Of a stretch of 64,000 bases of DNA, positions 1 through 9,532 are shown one piece after another (positions within the stretch are counted from its first letter, which is position 1; each line of letters opens with the position of its first letter). A program made the position numbers and the translations under genes. The DNA comes from Tagaea sp. (GTDB taxonomy: Bacteria > Pseudomonadota > Alphaproteobacteria > CACIAM-22H2), in assembly GCA_965279525.1 (NCBI GenBank), contig CBDIIB010000005.1:416001-480000 (forward strand). Direction: 5' to 3'. The notes beneath the pieces are model-generated. The model saw only the letters and a list, made by a program, of their open reading frames with translations, was not told where the DNA came from and made no database searches.

Positions 1-657
1 CTCAACCAGGGCGGCGTTTCGATCCCCGGTGCCGGCGGCGGCACCAAGGGTGCGGGCCTGTCGGTTTCCCAGATCGTGCAGGGCCTGAAGGACGCGCTCG
101 TCAAGGGCAGCGAGGCGACCGTTGCGCGCCTGGGCAAGGCCAACGGCTTCCTCGGCGATCCCGCCGTGCGCATCCCTCTGCCCGACACGCTGCGCCAGGT
201 GCAGTCGGCCCTGCGCACCATCGGCGCTTCCGGCATGGCCGACGATCTGGAGACGCGCATGAACCGCGCGGCCGAACAGGCGGCACCGAAAGCCAAGGAC
301 CTGTTCTTGTCCGCGATCCGCGGCATGAGCGTCTCGGATGCCCAAGGCATCCTCAACGGGCCGGCCGATGCCGCCACGCAGTATCTTCGCCGCACGACCG
401 GCGGCCAGCTCGGCACGCAGATCCGCCCGCTGATCGAGACGGCCCTGCAGCAGGCGGGTGCCGCGAAGGCGTACGATTCGATGCTCGGCCGCTACGCGCA
501 GATCCCCGGCATGCCCGACGCCAAGGCGAACATCACCGACTGGACGCGCGACAAGGGCCTCGACGGCATTTTCCATTACATCGCCAAGGAAGAGGCCGAT
601 ATCCGGGCAAACCCGGCCGCGCGCACGACCGAGCTGCTGAAAAAAGTGTTCGGCTGA
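1..657 (+). CDS. DUF4197 domain protein (5'-partial)
   Basis: Frame open from base 1; motifs GLKDAL, MNRAAE, ATQYLRRTT, LDGIF..IAKEEADIRANPAARTTELLKKVFG. Confidence 0.85.
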   Translation, partial: LNQGGVSIPGAGGGTKGAGLSVSQIVQGLKDALVKGSEATVARLGKANGFLGDPAVRIPLPDTLRQVQSALRTIGASGMADDLETRMNRAAEQAAPKAKDLFLSAIRGMSVSDAQGILNGPADAATQYLRRTTGGQLGTQIRPLIETALQQAGAAKAYDSMLGRYAQIPGMPDAKANITDWTRDKGLDGIFHYIAKEEADIRANPAARTTELLKKVFG

Positions 658-717
658 CGCCGGCCGCCTATATTCTCTCCATCCTCCCCTTCCCGCCCGA
701 ACAAGGTTGATCCGCCC

Positions 718-2586
718 ATGGCCGCGCCCTCCACCTTCACGACCCGCCCCGAAATCGCCGGCACGTTCGGCGTGGTCTCCTCCACGCACTGGATCGCCAG
801 CCAGGTCGGCATGGGCGTGCTCGAAAAGGGCGGCAACGCGTTCGACGCGGCCGTCGCGGCCGGCTTCACGCTGCAGGTCGTCGAACCGCACATGAACGGG
901 CTGGGCGGCGACGCGGTCATCATCGCGTGCACCGCCGACGGCAAGCCCAAGGTGATCTGCGGCCAGGGCGTGGCGCCGGCAAAGGCGACCATCGCGCATT
1001 ACAAGGCGCAGGGCATCGAGACGATCCCCGGCACGGGCCTGCTCGCGGCCGTCGTCCCGGGTGCCTTCGACGCGTGGCTGACGATGCTGCGCGACTACGG
1101 CACGACGACGCTCGCCGAAGTGATGGCGCCGGCCATCGGCTACGCCAAGGACGGGTTCCCGCTGCTGCCCGGCGTCGCCGGTGCGGTGCAGTCGGTTTCC
1201 GAGATCTTCAAGACCGAGTGGAAGAGCTCGGCCGCCACGTGGATGCCGGGCGGCAACGTGCCGGCCGCCGGCTCGCTGTTCACCAACCCCAAGCTCGCCG
1301 ACACGCTCCAGCGCCTGCTGGCCGAGGGCGCTTCGGCCGGCCCCGACCGCGAGGCGCAGATCGAGAAGGCGCGCAACGCCTACTACAAGGGCTTCGTCGC
1401 CGAGGCGATCGACAAGTTCTGCCGCGAGAACGAGATCATGGACGTGTCGGGCAAGCGCCACAAAGGCGTGCTGTCGGCCGACGACATGGCCGCGTGGCGC
1501 GCACCCGTCGAAGATCCCACGACGTTCGACTATCGCGGCATCACCGTGTGCAAGGCCGGCCCATGGAGCCAGGGGCCGGTGTTCCTGCAGGTGCTCGCAC
1601 TCCTGCAGGGCTACGACATCGCGTCGATGGACACGACGGGCCCCGAGTTCATCCATCTGCTGATCGAGGCGACCAAGATCGCCTATGCCGACCGCGAGGC
1701 GTGGTACGCCGACCCCGACTTCAACGACGTGCCGATGAAGACGATGCTGTCGGCCAAGTACAACGACGCGCGCCGCAAGCTGATCGGTGACAGCGCCAGT
1801 TTCGACCTGCGCCCCGGCTCGCCCGACGGGCGCAATCCGTCGCTGCCGAAATTCAACGTCGTCGGCACCAAGAAGATGATCCCGGGCATGGGCGGCTTCG
1901 GCGAGCCCGCGCGCGTGGAGAGCGACGCGCTGGCGACCGAGCGCTACCGCGACGGCGGCGCCTCCGCGATGGCGCGCGGCGGGCGCGCGGCGCAAGGGCC
2001 CGCCGAAGGCGACACCTGCCATCTCGACGTGATCGACCGCTGGGGCAACACGGTGGCGTGCACACCGTCGGGCGGCTGGCTGCAGAGCTCGCCGACGATC
2101 CCCGATCTCGGCTTCTGCCTCGGGACACGCGGCCAGATGTTCTGGCTGCAGGAAGGCCTGCCGTCGAGCCTCACCCCGAAGATGCGCCCGCGCACGACGC
2201 TGACGCCGTCGATGGCGATGAAGGACGGCAAGCCGTGGATGGCCTTCGGCTCGCCCGGCGGCGACAACCAGGACCAATGGATCGCGCAGTTCTTCCTGCG
2301 CCATGTCGACCACAAGCTCAACATGCAGGCCGCGATGGACGCGCCCATGCTGCAGACCGACCACTGGCCCAATTCGTTCTTCCCGCGCGAAGCACGCCCC
2401 GGCAAGGTGCAGGTCGAATCGCGCTTCCCGAAGGAAACGATCGAAGCGCTGAAGGCCAAGGGCCACGACATCGAGGTCGGCGGCGAATGGTCGCTGGGCC
2501 GCAACGCGGCCACCAAGCGCGAAGGCAAGGTGCTGAAGGCGGCCGCCACGCCGCGCCTCCAGCAGGCCTACGCGGTCGGGCGTTAG
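718..2586 (+). CDS. Gamma-glutamyltransferase family protein
   Basis: GGNAFDAAVA, EPHMNGLGGD, autocleavage Thr in GDTCHLDVID, RPRTTLTPS, GSPGGD. Confidence 0.9.
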   Translation: MAAPSTFTTRPEIAGTFGVVSSTHWIASQVGMGVLEKGGNAFDAAVAAGFTLQVVEPHMNGLGGDAVIIACTADGKPKVICGQGVAPAKATIAHYKAQGIETIPGTGLLAAVVPGAFDAWLTMLRDYGTTTLAEVMAPAIGYAKDGFPLLPGVAGAVQSVSEIFKTEWKSSAATWMPGGNVPAAGSLFTNPKLADTLQRLLAEGASAGPDREAQIEKARNAYYKGFVAEAIDKFCRENEIMDVSGKRHKGVLSADDMAAWRAPVEDPTTFDYRGITVCKAGPWSQGPVFLQVLALLQGYDIASMDTTGPEFIHLLIEATKIAYADREAWYADPDFNDVPMKTMLSAKYNDARRKLIGDSASFDLRPGSPDGRNPSLPKFNVVGTKKMIPGMGGFGEPARVESDALATERYRDGGASAMARGGRAAQGPAEGDTCHLDVIDRWGNTVACTPSGGWLQSSPTIPDLGFCLGTRGQMFWLQEGLPSSLTPKMRPRTTLTPSMAMKDGKPWMAFGSPGGDNQDQWIAQFFLRHVDHKLNMQAAMDAPMLQTDHWPNSFFPREARPGKVQVESRFPKETIEALKAKGHDIEVGGEWSLGRNAATKREGKVLKAAATPRLQQAYAVGR

Positions 2587-2601
2587 TTGGGCGGGCGCTA
2601 G

Positions 2602-3210
2602 TTGCCGGACGGCACCTCCGAGATCCTCGCCCTCGCCTCGGCGGTCGCCTGGGCGAGCGGGATCAATCTCTATGCCGCCGTGCTGGCACTCGGCGCCATG
2701 CACCATCTGGGCATCGTCACGCTGCCCGAGCACATGCAGCTCGTCGCATCGTTCCCGGTGATGGCAGCGGCGGGCGGGATGTATCTGGCCCAGTTCGTCG
2801 CCGACAAGATCCCGGGCGTGGATCTCGGCTGGGACGCGATCCATACCTTCATCCGGATTCCGGCGGGTGCTTTCCTTGCGGCCGCCGCCGTGGGCGACGC
2901 GGACACCGGCCTCAAGCTTGCCGCCGCCCTTGCCGGCGGGGCACTTTCGCTGGGCACGCATGCGACGAAGGCGAGCGGCCGGCTCTTCGTCAATTCGCAC
3001 CTGCCGTTCGTGGGCACGGCCGCCGCGTCAGTCGCCGAGGATATCGCGGTGGTCGGCGGGCTCTACGCCGCGGTCACGAATCCGGTCTGGTTCCTTGGCG
3101 CCATTGCGGTGCTGATCGTCGTCATGGGGCTGACGCTGTGGCTGCTGGCGAAATTCCTGCGCTTCGCCGCAGCGAAGATCGGCAGCCTGTTCCGCGGCAC
3201 GCCGGCCTGA
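2602..3210 (+). CDS. DUF4126 family membrane protein
   Basis: WASGINLYA, FVADKIPGVDLGWDAIHTFIRIPAGA, SVAED; multiple hydrophobic helices. Confidence 0.85.
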   Translation: MPDGTSEILALASAVAWASGINLYAAVLALGAMHHLGIVTLPEHMQLVASFPVMAAAGGMYLAQFVADKIPGVDLGWDAIHTFIRIPAGAFLAAAAVGDADTGLKLAAALAGGALSLGTHATKASGRLFVNSHLPFVGTAAASVAEDIAVVGGLYAAVTNPVWFLGAIAVLIVVMGLTLWLLAKFLRFAAAKIGSLFRGTPA

Positions 3211-3214
3211 CGGC

Positions 3215-4186
3215 CTAGTTCGTCTGCGGCTCGATATCGTCGAACAGCAGGCCGGCCTGCAGCACGTCTTCCAGACCGAAGTTCCGCCATAGCTCGCCTG
3301 CGCGCAGGTGCCGGCGGAAATCGTCCCAGAACGCGGCCTTGCCGGGCAGACCATCAGGCCACGCACGCATGAACAGGTCGCGCGCGGTCGCCGCTTCGCC
3401 CGAATAGATCAGCATCAGCAGCGAGCGCCACGCCTGCACGGGCGGGATCGCGTGCACGTCGTCGGGCGTGCGCAGGCCAAGCGGCACATAGGCCCCGCCC
3501 GACGCGCGCCAGTTTTCCAGGGCCGTGCGCATCTCGGTCTCGAAACGCTGCAGGCGACGCGGCGATGTGGGCGCGCGCCCGACGGCATTCGCGTCGACGA
3601 CGAAGCGCCGCCCTTCCCACACGAGATTGAGGGCCGGCGTCGGGCCGTTGGACAGCGGCGCGTTCCAGCCCGCGAAGGCGCGGTCGGAGAAGACGAGGCG
3701 CTCGACCGCGCGCTCGTCGCCGTCTTCCACGCCGGCGAAGATGTCGCCGCGCCCGATCGTCTGCACCGAAAAGCCGTCGCGAAGCGCGAACGCATGCAGC
3801 GTGTCGCCGCCGGACCCGCCGCCCGGGCTTGCATCCACCAGCAGGTCGGGGCCGTCGGCGCTGCCCTCGTGGAACGCGACGACCTTGAAGATGCCCGCCG
3901 ACGTCAGATGCACGATGCGCCCGCGCCGCTCGACCAGCATCAAGGCGGGATGTTCCCGGTTGGCGGGATAGAGCGAAAAGACATGGCCGCGCAGCGTGAA
4001 GCGCTGCGGGACCGGATCCTGCGCGCGCCGTTCGGTCAGTCGTTCGAAGAGCAGCCAGTCGAAGGTCGTGTCGGCGCGCGCGGTGCGCACCCAGCCGGTC
4101 AGGGCGGCGAGCAGCACGGCCGCCGCCAGACACGCGGCAAGGAAGCCGCGGGGATCGATCGCTGGGGGCCGGCGTCGATTGCGCAT
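3215..4186 (-). CDS. Hypothetical exported protein
   Basis: Basic N-terminus plus hydrophobic stretch and ARA-D signal-peptide-like site; fills gap between neighbours; start uncertain. Confidence 0.6.
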   Translation of the reverse strand: MRNRRRPPAIDPRGFLAACLAAAVLLAALTGWVRTARADTTFDWLLFERLTERRAQDPVPQRFTLRGHVFSLYPANREHPALMLVERRGRIVHLTSAGIFKVVAFHEGSADGPDLLVDASPGGGSGGDTLHAFALRDGFSVQTIGRGDIFAGVEDGDERAVERLVFSDRAFAGWNAPLSNGPTPALNLVWEGRRFVVDANAVGRAPTSPRRLQRFETEMRTALENWRASGGAYVPLGLRTPDDVHAIPPVQAWRSLLMLIYSGEAATARDLFMRAWPDGLPGKAAFWDDFRRHLRAGELWRNFGLEDVLQAGLLFDDIEPQTN

Positions 4187-4273
4187 CGCGCACACTGCCT
4201 TCCGTCCGGAACAACCAAGGGTCAAATCAAAGCATATTCCGTGCCGGACGGCGAGTCGGGGATGCGGGAGGGG

Positions 4274-4642
4274 TCAGGCGTCGCCCGCCAACCGCCGTCC
4301 GAACTTTCGTACACACGCCTTGAAACAGCCGACCGGATCGCAGTCGGCATGTTCGACCTGCCCGGCGGCGGGTGCAGGCGGCTGCGCTTCTGCCACCTGG
4401 CTCCCGTTGACAATCCGGACCAGGAGAAAAAGCGCGCCTCCCACCGAGCCGAATATCACCAGTCGCGCGGAGTTCTCGGCCGGAAACAGCTCGAACCATG
4501 CGCCGATCGCCATGACGATCGCCGCAAATGCGAAAGCGCCAAGCAGCCCTTCCGTCAGAAATTCCAGAAACATCAGCAAGAGCGCCAAAACAACCCATGC
4601 GCCGATCGGATACTCGTGCAGGTAGGCAATATAACTTTCCAT
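4274..4642 (-). CDS. NfeD-like small membrane protein (N-terminal hydrophobic part only)
   Basis: EYPIGAWVVLALLLMFLEFLT...LVIF resembles 5065..5346; ATG at 4642. Confidence 0.55.
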   Translation of the reverse strand: MESYIAYLHEYPIGAWVVLALLLMFLEFLTEGLLGAFAFAAIVMAIGAWFELFPAENSARLVIFGSVGGALFLLVRIVNGSQVAEAQPPAPAAGQVEHADCDPVGCFKACVRKFGRRLAGDA

Positions 4643-4823
4643 TGAATGTCCACCGCAGGTTGGGATGCGAATAGTCGAAAAGGATGCTACCGGAAATGGC
4701 TTCGACCTGTCCAACAGCTGCGCGCGACGATAGCTGGCAATACCGGGCTACCTCCAAACGACTTGGCCGGCCATGACCGAACCGAAGGAAGCCGCCGTCG
4801 GATGTCGGACTCTTGCGACCCGA

Positions 4824-5033
4824 TCAGGGTGGCGGGTTCCGGCGGACGTATCGCGCGACCGTCGCGTACATGCCGAGGCAAAGCGCCAGGAACACCGCCA
4901 CCCTTGCCGCGTGGGATTCAGGGTTGAGTTCGAGCGCTTCGCCGGTCGCGAACAGGAGCAATGCCAGCAGAACGGAAAGTCCGATACGCGTCGACAGCGG
5001 CGAGAACAGCAGCTCGACGATCGGCCAGATCAT
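4824..5033 (-). CDS. Small two-helix membrane protein
   Basis: 69 aa, two hydrophobic segments, co-oriented downstream of nfeD-like gene. Confidence 0.5.
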   Translation of the reverse strand: MIWPIVELLFSPLSTRIGLSVLLALLLFATGEALELNPESHAARVAVFLALCLGMYATVARYVRRNPPP

Positions 5034-5064
5034 TGCGCCTCGCTCGACCGGACGGGCCGGGAAC

Positions 5065-5346
5065 TCAATAGCGGTTGATGTCCGGCGTCCGGTCCGAGAA
5101 CCGGCGCAGCAGCGTGCGCAGCGGCACGATCAGCGCCACACCGATCGCGGCGAAGATGACCAGCTTCAGGAGCAGCGGCTCCGGCAACATGCCGGTCCAC
5201 GCACCTGCCGCCATCAGGAAGCCCGCCGTCGCGAACGGCAGGAAGAATCCGATCGTCAGCAGGATCTCGACGACGAGGAACACGACCCCGATCGCCGCCC
5301 ACACGACGACCGGATAGTCCGTGAAAACCGCCTCGATGAAGTTCAT
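5065..5346 (-). CDS. NfeD family protein, short (no OB-fold)
   Basis: W..IGVVFLVVEILL..GFFLPFA, ends DINRY; 4-bp overlap with SPFH gene. Confidence 0.7.
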   Translation of the reverse strand: MNFIEAVFTDYPVVVWAAIGVVFLVVEILLTIGFFLPFATAGFLMAAGAWTGMLPEPLLLKLVIFAAIGVALIVPLRTLLRRFSDRTPDINRY

Positions 5347-6227
5347 TTCGACCTCAGCGCTTCGAGCACGGTGGCAAGGCTGCCCAGCGACTTCGTGATA
5401 TCGGTCGGGATGACGATGAGCTTGGAGTTTCCGGAGCGCGCGATCTCGGCGATGCTGTGGATCTGCTGCTTCATGATCTCGAAATCGACGGCGGCCTGTC
5501 CGTTCGCCTCGATCGCCTTGCCGACGGATGTCGTCGCGTAGGCTTCGGCGTCGGCAAGCACGCGCCGCGCCTCGGCCTGTTTCTGCGCGGTATAGAACTC
5601 GCCGTCAGCCTTGTGCTGCTGCGCCTGCCGGTCGCCTTCCGCCTTGGTGACGGCGGCCCGGCGCTCGCGCTCGGCATTGAGCTGCTGCTGCATGGCCGTG
5701 CGCGTCGCGGCGTCGACCGACACGTCGAGCACTTCGGTGCGTGTGATCTCGATGCCCCAAACGGTGCAGGCTTCCGACAGCGAATCCTTGATCTTCTCGT
5801 TGATGAAGTCGCGCTTGGCCTGCACCTCGTCGAACTCCATGTGGCCGCCGGTCGCGCGCACGATGCTCGTCACCGTCGTCTTGACCGCCTGGTCGACATC
5901 GGTGATCCGGTAGACCGACTTCGCCGCATCGACGACGCGGAAAAACACCGCCGTCGTCAGGTGGATCTCGACGTTGTCCTTGGTGATGACGCTGATCTGC
6001 TGCGGCTCGAGCTGGCGCTCCAGGATGCTGACCTTCGCCGCGACCCGGTTGAGGATCGGCACGATGAAATTGAGACCGGGCCTCAGCGTGACCGTGTACT
6101 TGCCGAACTGCTCGACGATGTATTCCTGCGACTGCGGGACGATCTTGATCCCGCTGATCGCGATCAGGACGAAGAGGACAAGAAGGATCAGGAAGAAGAA
6201 TTCGGTCGTCAGGGAAACGGCGGACAT
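5343..6227 (-). CDS. SPFH/band 7 (QmcA/stomatin-like) protein
   Basis: IVPQ..YIVEQFGKY, ITKDNV, WGIEITRTEV, AERERRA..AEG coiled coil. Confidence 0.92.
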   Translation of the reverse strand: MSAVSLTTEFFFLILLVLFVLIAISGIKIVPQSQEYIVEQFGKYTVTLRPGLNFIVPILNRVAAKVSILERQLEPQQISVITKDNVEIHLTTAVFFRVVDAAKSVYRITDVDQAVKTTVTSIVRATGGHMEFDEVQAKRDFINEKIKDSLSEACTVWGIEITRTEVLDVSVDAATRTAMQQQLNAERERRAAVTKAEGDRQAQQHKADGEFYTAQKQAEARRVLADAEAYATTSVGKAIEANGQAAVDFEIMKQQIHSIAEIARSGNSKLIVIPTDITKSLGSLATVLEALRSK

Positions 6228-6309
6228 CGTGCGACACCTTCAAGTTGAGCCCAGCTGCACGCGACGATAGCAAGCACCCGGCCGGGACGCCACCTGAATG
6301 CAAGGCCGC

Positions 6310-6924
6310 TCAGCTTCCCTTCGTCTTGTAGAGCGGCTCGGAAATGCCCTTGAGCGACAGCCGCTTGCGGTCGGGCTCCGGGGCCGCCAGCGCTTCGCAT
6401 TCGACCAGCGTGGCGAGGCTGCGCTTGGTCAGGTTCTGGTAGTCGCGTGTACCCCCGCGCTTCCACTCGATCTCCTTGTCGGTCACCTCGCGCAGGATCT
6501 TGGCCGGGATGCCGGCGACCAGCGTGCGCGGCGGGACGACGAAGCCCGCCTTGACGAACGCCATCGCCGCGACGATGGCGCATTCGCCGACGATTGCCCC
6601 GTCCATCACCACTGCGTTCATGCCGATCAGCGCATCGCGCTTGATGATGCAGCCATGCAGGATGGCGCCGTGGCCGATATGCGCGTCCACCTCCAGCACC
6701 GTGTCGGTATCGGGAAAGCCGTGAACGACGCAGTTGTCCTGCAGGTTCGAGCCGTCCTGCATCACCAGCCGGCCGAAATCGCCGCGCATCGCGGCACCGG
6801 GGCCGACATAGCAGTTCGCACCGATGATCACGTCGCCGATGAGTACGGCCGTGGGATGCACGAAGCTCGACGGATCGACCACCGGTACCATGCCGTCGAT
6901 GGCGTAGACGCGCGGGCGGCTCAT
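6310..6924 (-). CDS. paaY: Phenylacetate degradation protein PaaY (gamma-carbonic-anhydrase-like hexapeptide repeat)
   Basis: [40 protein letters not shown]; paa context. Confidence 0.88.
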   Translation of the reverse strand: MSRPRVYAIDGMVPVVDPSSFVHPTAVLIGDVIIGANCYVGPGAAMRGDFGRLVMQDGSNLQDNCVVHGFPDTDTVLEVDAHIGHGAILHGCIIKRDALIGMNAVVMDGAIVGECAIVAAMAFVKAGFVVPPRTLVAGIPAKILREVTDKEIEWKRGGTRDYQNLTKRSLATLVECEALAAPEPDRKRLSLKGISEPLYKTKGS

Positions 6925-8594
6925 GCCGGCACCGTCGCGGCGGCCGTGCGGCGCACCTGTGCCACATGGAAGCGCGGCGTGACGAAACCTGCGTCGGTCA
7001 GCGAGGCGTTGGCCGCCGGGTTGCAGCCCGTCGCGTGATAGTCGCTGAACGCGGCCGACTGGTTGACGAACACGCCGCCGGTCAGGTTCTCCGACAGCGC
7101 CACGCCGGCATCGGCCGCGCGCTCCTCGGCCGCGGCGAGGAACGCCGCGTCGGTCGAATAGACGGCGGCCGTGATGGCCCCCTTCTTCGCGATGCTGCCG
7201 AACGCGGCGTCGAGGGCGCGCATCGGATCGGCCGACGTGACGAGATAGGCGACCGGCCCGAACATCTCCTGCCCGTAGATCGCGCTCTGGCTTTCGTCGA
7301 GAGCGACGACCAGCGGCGTGCGCACGGTGGCGTCCGCGAAATTGGGATGCGCCATCGCGGCACTGGCGCGCACGACCTTGCCCTGGCGGGCCGCCATCTC
7401 GATGCGCCCGAGCGTCGCCTGGTTCTGGATGGCGCCCAGCACTTCGGCCGCACGTGCGGGATCGCCGAGAAGCTTGTCGATGGCGAGGCCAAGCTGCGCG
7501 CCGAAATCGGCGGACGACATAACGTGCCGTCGGGCGTCTTCACGCCGGTGGCCGGCACGAAGATGTTCTGAGGCGTGGTGCACATCTGGCCCGAATAGAG
7601 GCTGAGCGAGAAGGCGAGGTTCTGGAACATGCCCTTCGCGTTGTCGGTACTTTCCACGATCGACGGCGTTGGTCCCCGCCTTCTCGGCGAAGATCGTCGC
7701 GTGGCCCGCGTTCTTCGACAGCCAGTCGCCGAAATCCGACCCGCCGGTATAGTCGATGATCGCGAGCTCCGGGCGCTTCGCCAGCGTCTGGGCCAGCGGC
7801 GCATATATGCCGTCGGCCATCAGCTGCACGGCATCGGGATCGAGGCCGGCTTCGGTAAGCACCGTGCGCGCGACACGCACGGTCATCGCGAGCGGCAGCG
7901 TGGCGGCCGGGTGCGGCTTCACCAGCGTGGGATTGCCGGTGGCGAGGTTGGCGAAGATCGCGGGATACGTGTTCCAGGTCGGGAACGTGGCGCAGCCGAT
8001 GGCAAGGGCGATGCCCTTGGGCACGATGCGGTAGTCCTTGTCGAGGACGAGCGGCGGGTTCTTGCCCTGCGGCTTTTCCCAGCGCGCGTGCGCGGGGACG
8101 CGCGACATTTCGCGCCACGCGGTCGCGACGGCTTCAAGCCCGCGGTCCTGCGCATGCGGGCCGCCGGCCTGGAAGGCCATCACGAAGCCCTGCCCGGTCG
8201 TGTGCATGACTGCGTAGGCGATCTCGAACGACATCCTGTTGAGGCGCGCGAGGATCTCGAGGCACACGCCGACTCGCGTCTCGGTGCCCGCCTTGCGCAG
8301 GCTCGTGCGCGCATGCGCGGCGTTGCGGAATGCCGTTTCGATGTCGAGGCGCGGATAGGCGATCTTGAGGTCGAAGCCGTAGGGCGAGCGTTCGCCGCCG
8401 ACCGTGCCGCTGGCGACCTGGTCAAGCGCGAAGGGCTGGCCGAGCTGGGCTTCGAACGCCTTCTTCGCGTCGTCGTTGGCGGTCTCGCCATAGATCTTGC
8501 CCGACGGCGCTTCCGGATAGGCCGACCAGTAGCCGCGCGCGTCGATGGCGGCGACGGCGGCATCGAGCGTGGCGCGATGGCGTTCGAAAAACAT
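6921..8594 (-). CDS. paaN: Phenylacetate degradation aldehyde dehydrogenase PaaN; two compensating frameshifts (~7661, ~7521)
   Basis: [43 protein letters not shown]; catalytic segment [15 protein letters not shown] lies in another frame between the shifts. Confidence 0.85.
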   Translation of the reverse strand: MFFERHRATLDAAVAAIDARGYWSAYPEAPSGKIYGETANDDAKKAFEAQLGQPFALDQVASGTVGGERSPYGFDLKIAYPRLDIETAFRNAAHARTSLRKAGTETRVGVCLEILARLNRMSFEIAYAVMHTTGQGFVMAFQAGGPHAQDRGLEAVATAWREMSRVPAHARWEKPQGKNPPLVLDKDYRIVPKGIALAIGCATFPTWNTYPAIFANLATGNPTLVKPHPAATLPLAMTVRVARTVLTEAGLDPDAVQLMADGIYAPLAQTLAKRPELAIIDYTGGSDFGDWLSKNAGHATIFAEKAGTNAVDRGKYRQREGHVPEPRLLAQPLFGPDVHHASEHLRAGHRREDARRHVMSSADFGAQLGLAIDKLLGDPARAAEVLGAIQNQATLGRIEMAARQGKVVRASAAMAHPNFADATVRTPLVVALDESQSAIYGQEMFGPVAYLVTSADPMRALDAAFGSIAKKGAITAAVYSTDAAFLAAAEERAADAGVALSENLTGGVFVNQSAAFSDYHATGCNPAANASLTDAGFVTPRFHVAQVRRTAAATVPA

Positions 8595-8670
8595 GCGCGT
8601 GGGTCCTTCAGGCTGGCCGTTCCGGCCGTCAGACTTAGCGCGAAATCAAGGGCTCCGGAAACCCCATTCG

Positions 8671-8686
8671 CTGACCGCCCGGTCAG
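8671..8686. promoter_or_regulatory. Palindromic operator CTGACCG-CC-CGGTCAG (PaaR/TetR-like)
   Basis: Perfect 7-bp inverted repeat in the divergent paaN/paaG spacer. Confidence 0.6.
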
Positions 8687-8751
8687 AGAACGGGGTTGCG
8701 GCATGCGCGGCGTCTTGGCATGGTCGAAGGCCACGGGGGAAACCGATCACG

Positions 8752-9531
8752 ATGGCCACCACGACGATCCGCACGGCGCTCGAGGACGGGGTCGCGACCA
8801 TAGCACTCGACCGTCCCGACAAGCTCAACGCCTTCGTGCCCGAGATGCACGCCGAACTGCGCGCGGCCCTCGAAGCCGCACCCGCATCAGGGGCGCGCGC
8901 GGTGTTCCTGACCGGCGAGGGGCGCGGCTTCTGCGCCGGCCAGGATCTGGGCCAGCGCAAGGCCGGCGACACGCCCGACCTGTCGGAGACGCTCGAGCGG
9001 CTCTACAACCCGCTGATCCGCACGATCCGCGACCTGCCGCTGCCTGTCGTGTGCGCGGTCAACGGTGTCGCCGCCGGAGCGGGCATGTCGCTCGCACTTG
9101 CCTGCGACATCGTCTTTGCCGCGCGCTCGGCCAGCTTCATCCAGGCTTTCGTCAAGATCGGCCTTGCGCCCGACAGCGGCTCGACCTGGTTTTTGCCGCG
9201 CCTTGCCGGCAACGCGCGCGCCAAGGGGCTCGCACTGCTGGGCGAGAAGATCACGGCCCAGCAGGCGTACGACTGGGGCCTGATCTGGAAGGTCTGCGAC
9301 GACGAGCGCGTCAAGGACGAAGCCCTCGGGCTTGCCCGCCATCTCGCCACGCAGCCGACCAAGGCGCTCGCGGCGATCAAGCGCGCGATCGACACCGGCA
9401 TGGACCGCACGCTCGACGCCCAGCTCGACTACGAGCGCCACATCCAGGGCGAGCTTGGCCGCACGGCGGATTATCGCGAGGGCGTGGCGGCCTTCTTCGA
9501 GAAGCGCAAGCCGCGCTTCGGGGGCAACTGA
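8752..9531 (+). CDS. paaG: Epoxyphenylacetyl-CoA isomerase PaaG (crotonase fold)
   Basis: RPDKLNAF, GRGFCAGQDL, NGVAAGAG, PDSGSTWFLPRL, DYREGVAAF. Confidence 0.9.
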   Translation: MATTTIRTALEDGVATIALDRPDKLNAFVPEMHAELRAALEAAPASGARAVFLTGEGRGFCAGQDLGQRKAGDTPDLSETLERLYNPLIRTIRDLPLPVVCAVNGVAAGAGMSLALACDIVFAARSASFIQAFVKIGLAPDSGSTWFLPRLAGNARAKGLALLGEKITAQQAYDWGLIWKVCDDERVKDEALGLARHLATQPTKALAAIKRAIDTGMDRTLDAQLDYERHIQGELGRTADYREGVAAFFEKRKPRFGGN

Positions 9532-9532
9532 G

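Noticed and set aside
7521-7661. Programmed double frameshift around the PaaN active site
   Set aside because: No slippery sequence; same insertion pattern as neighbouring lesions
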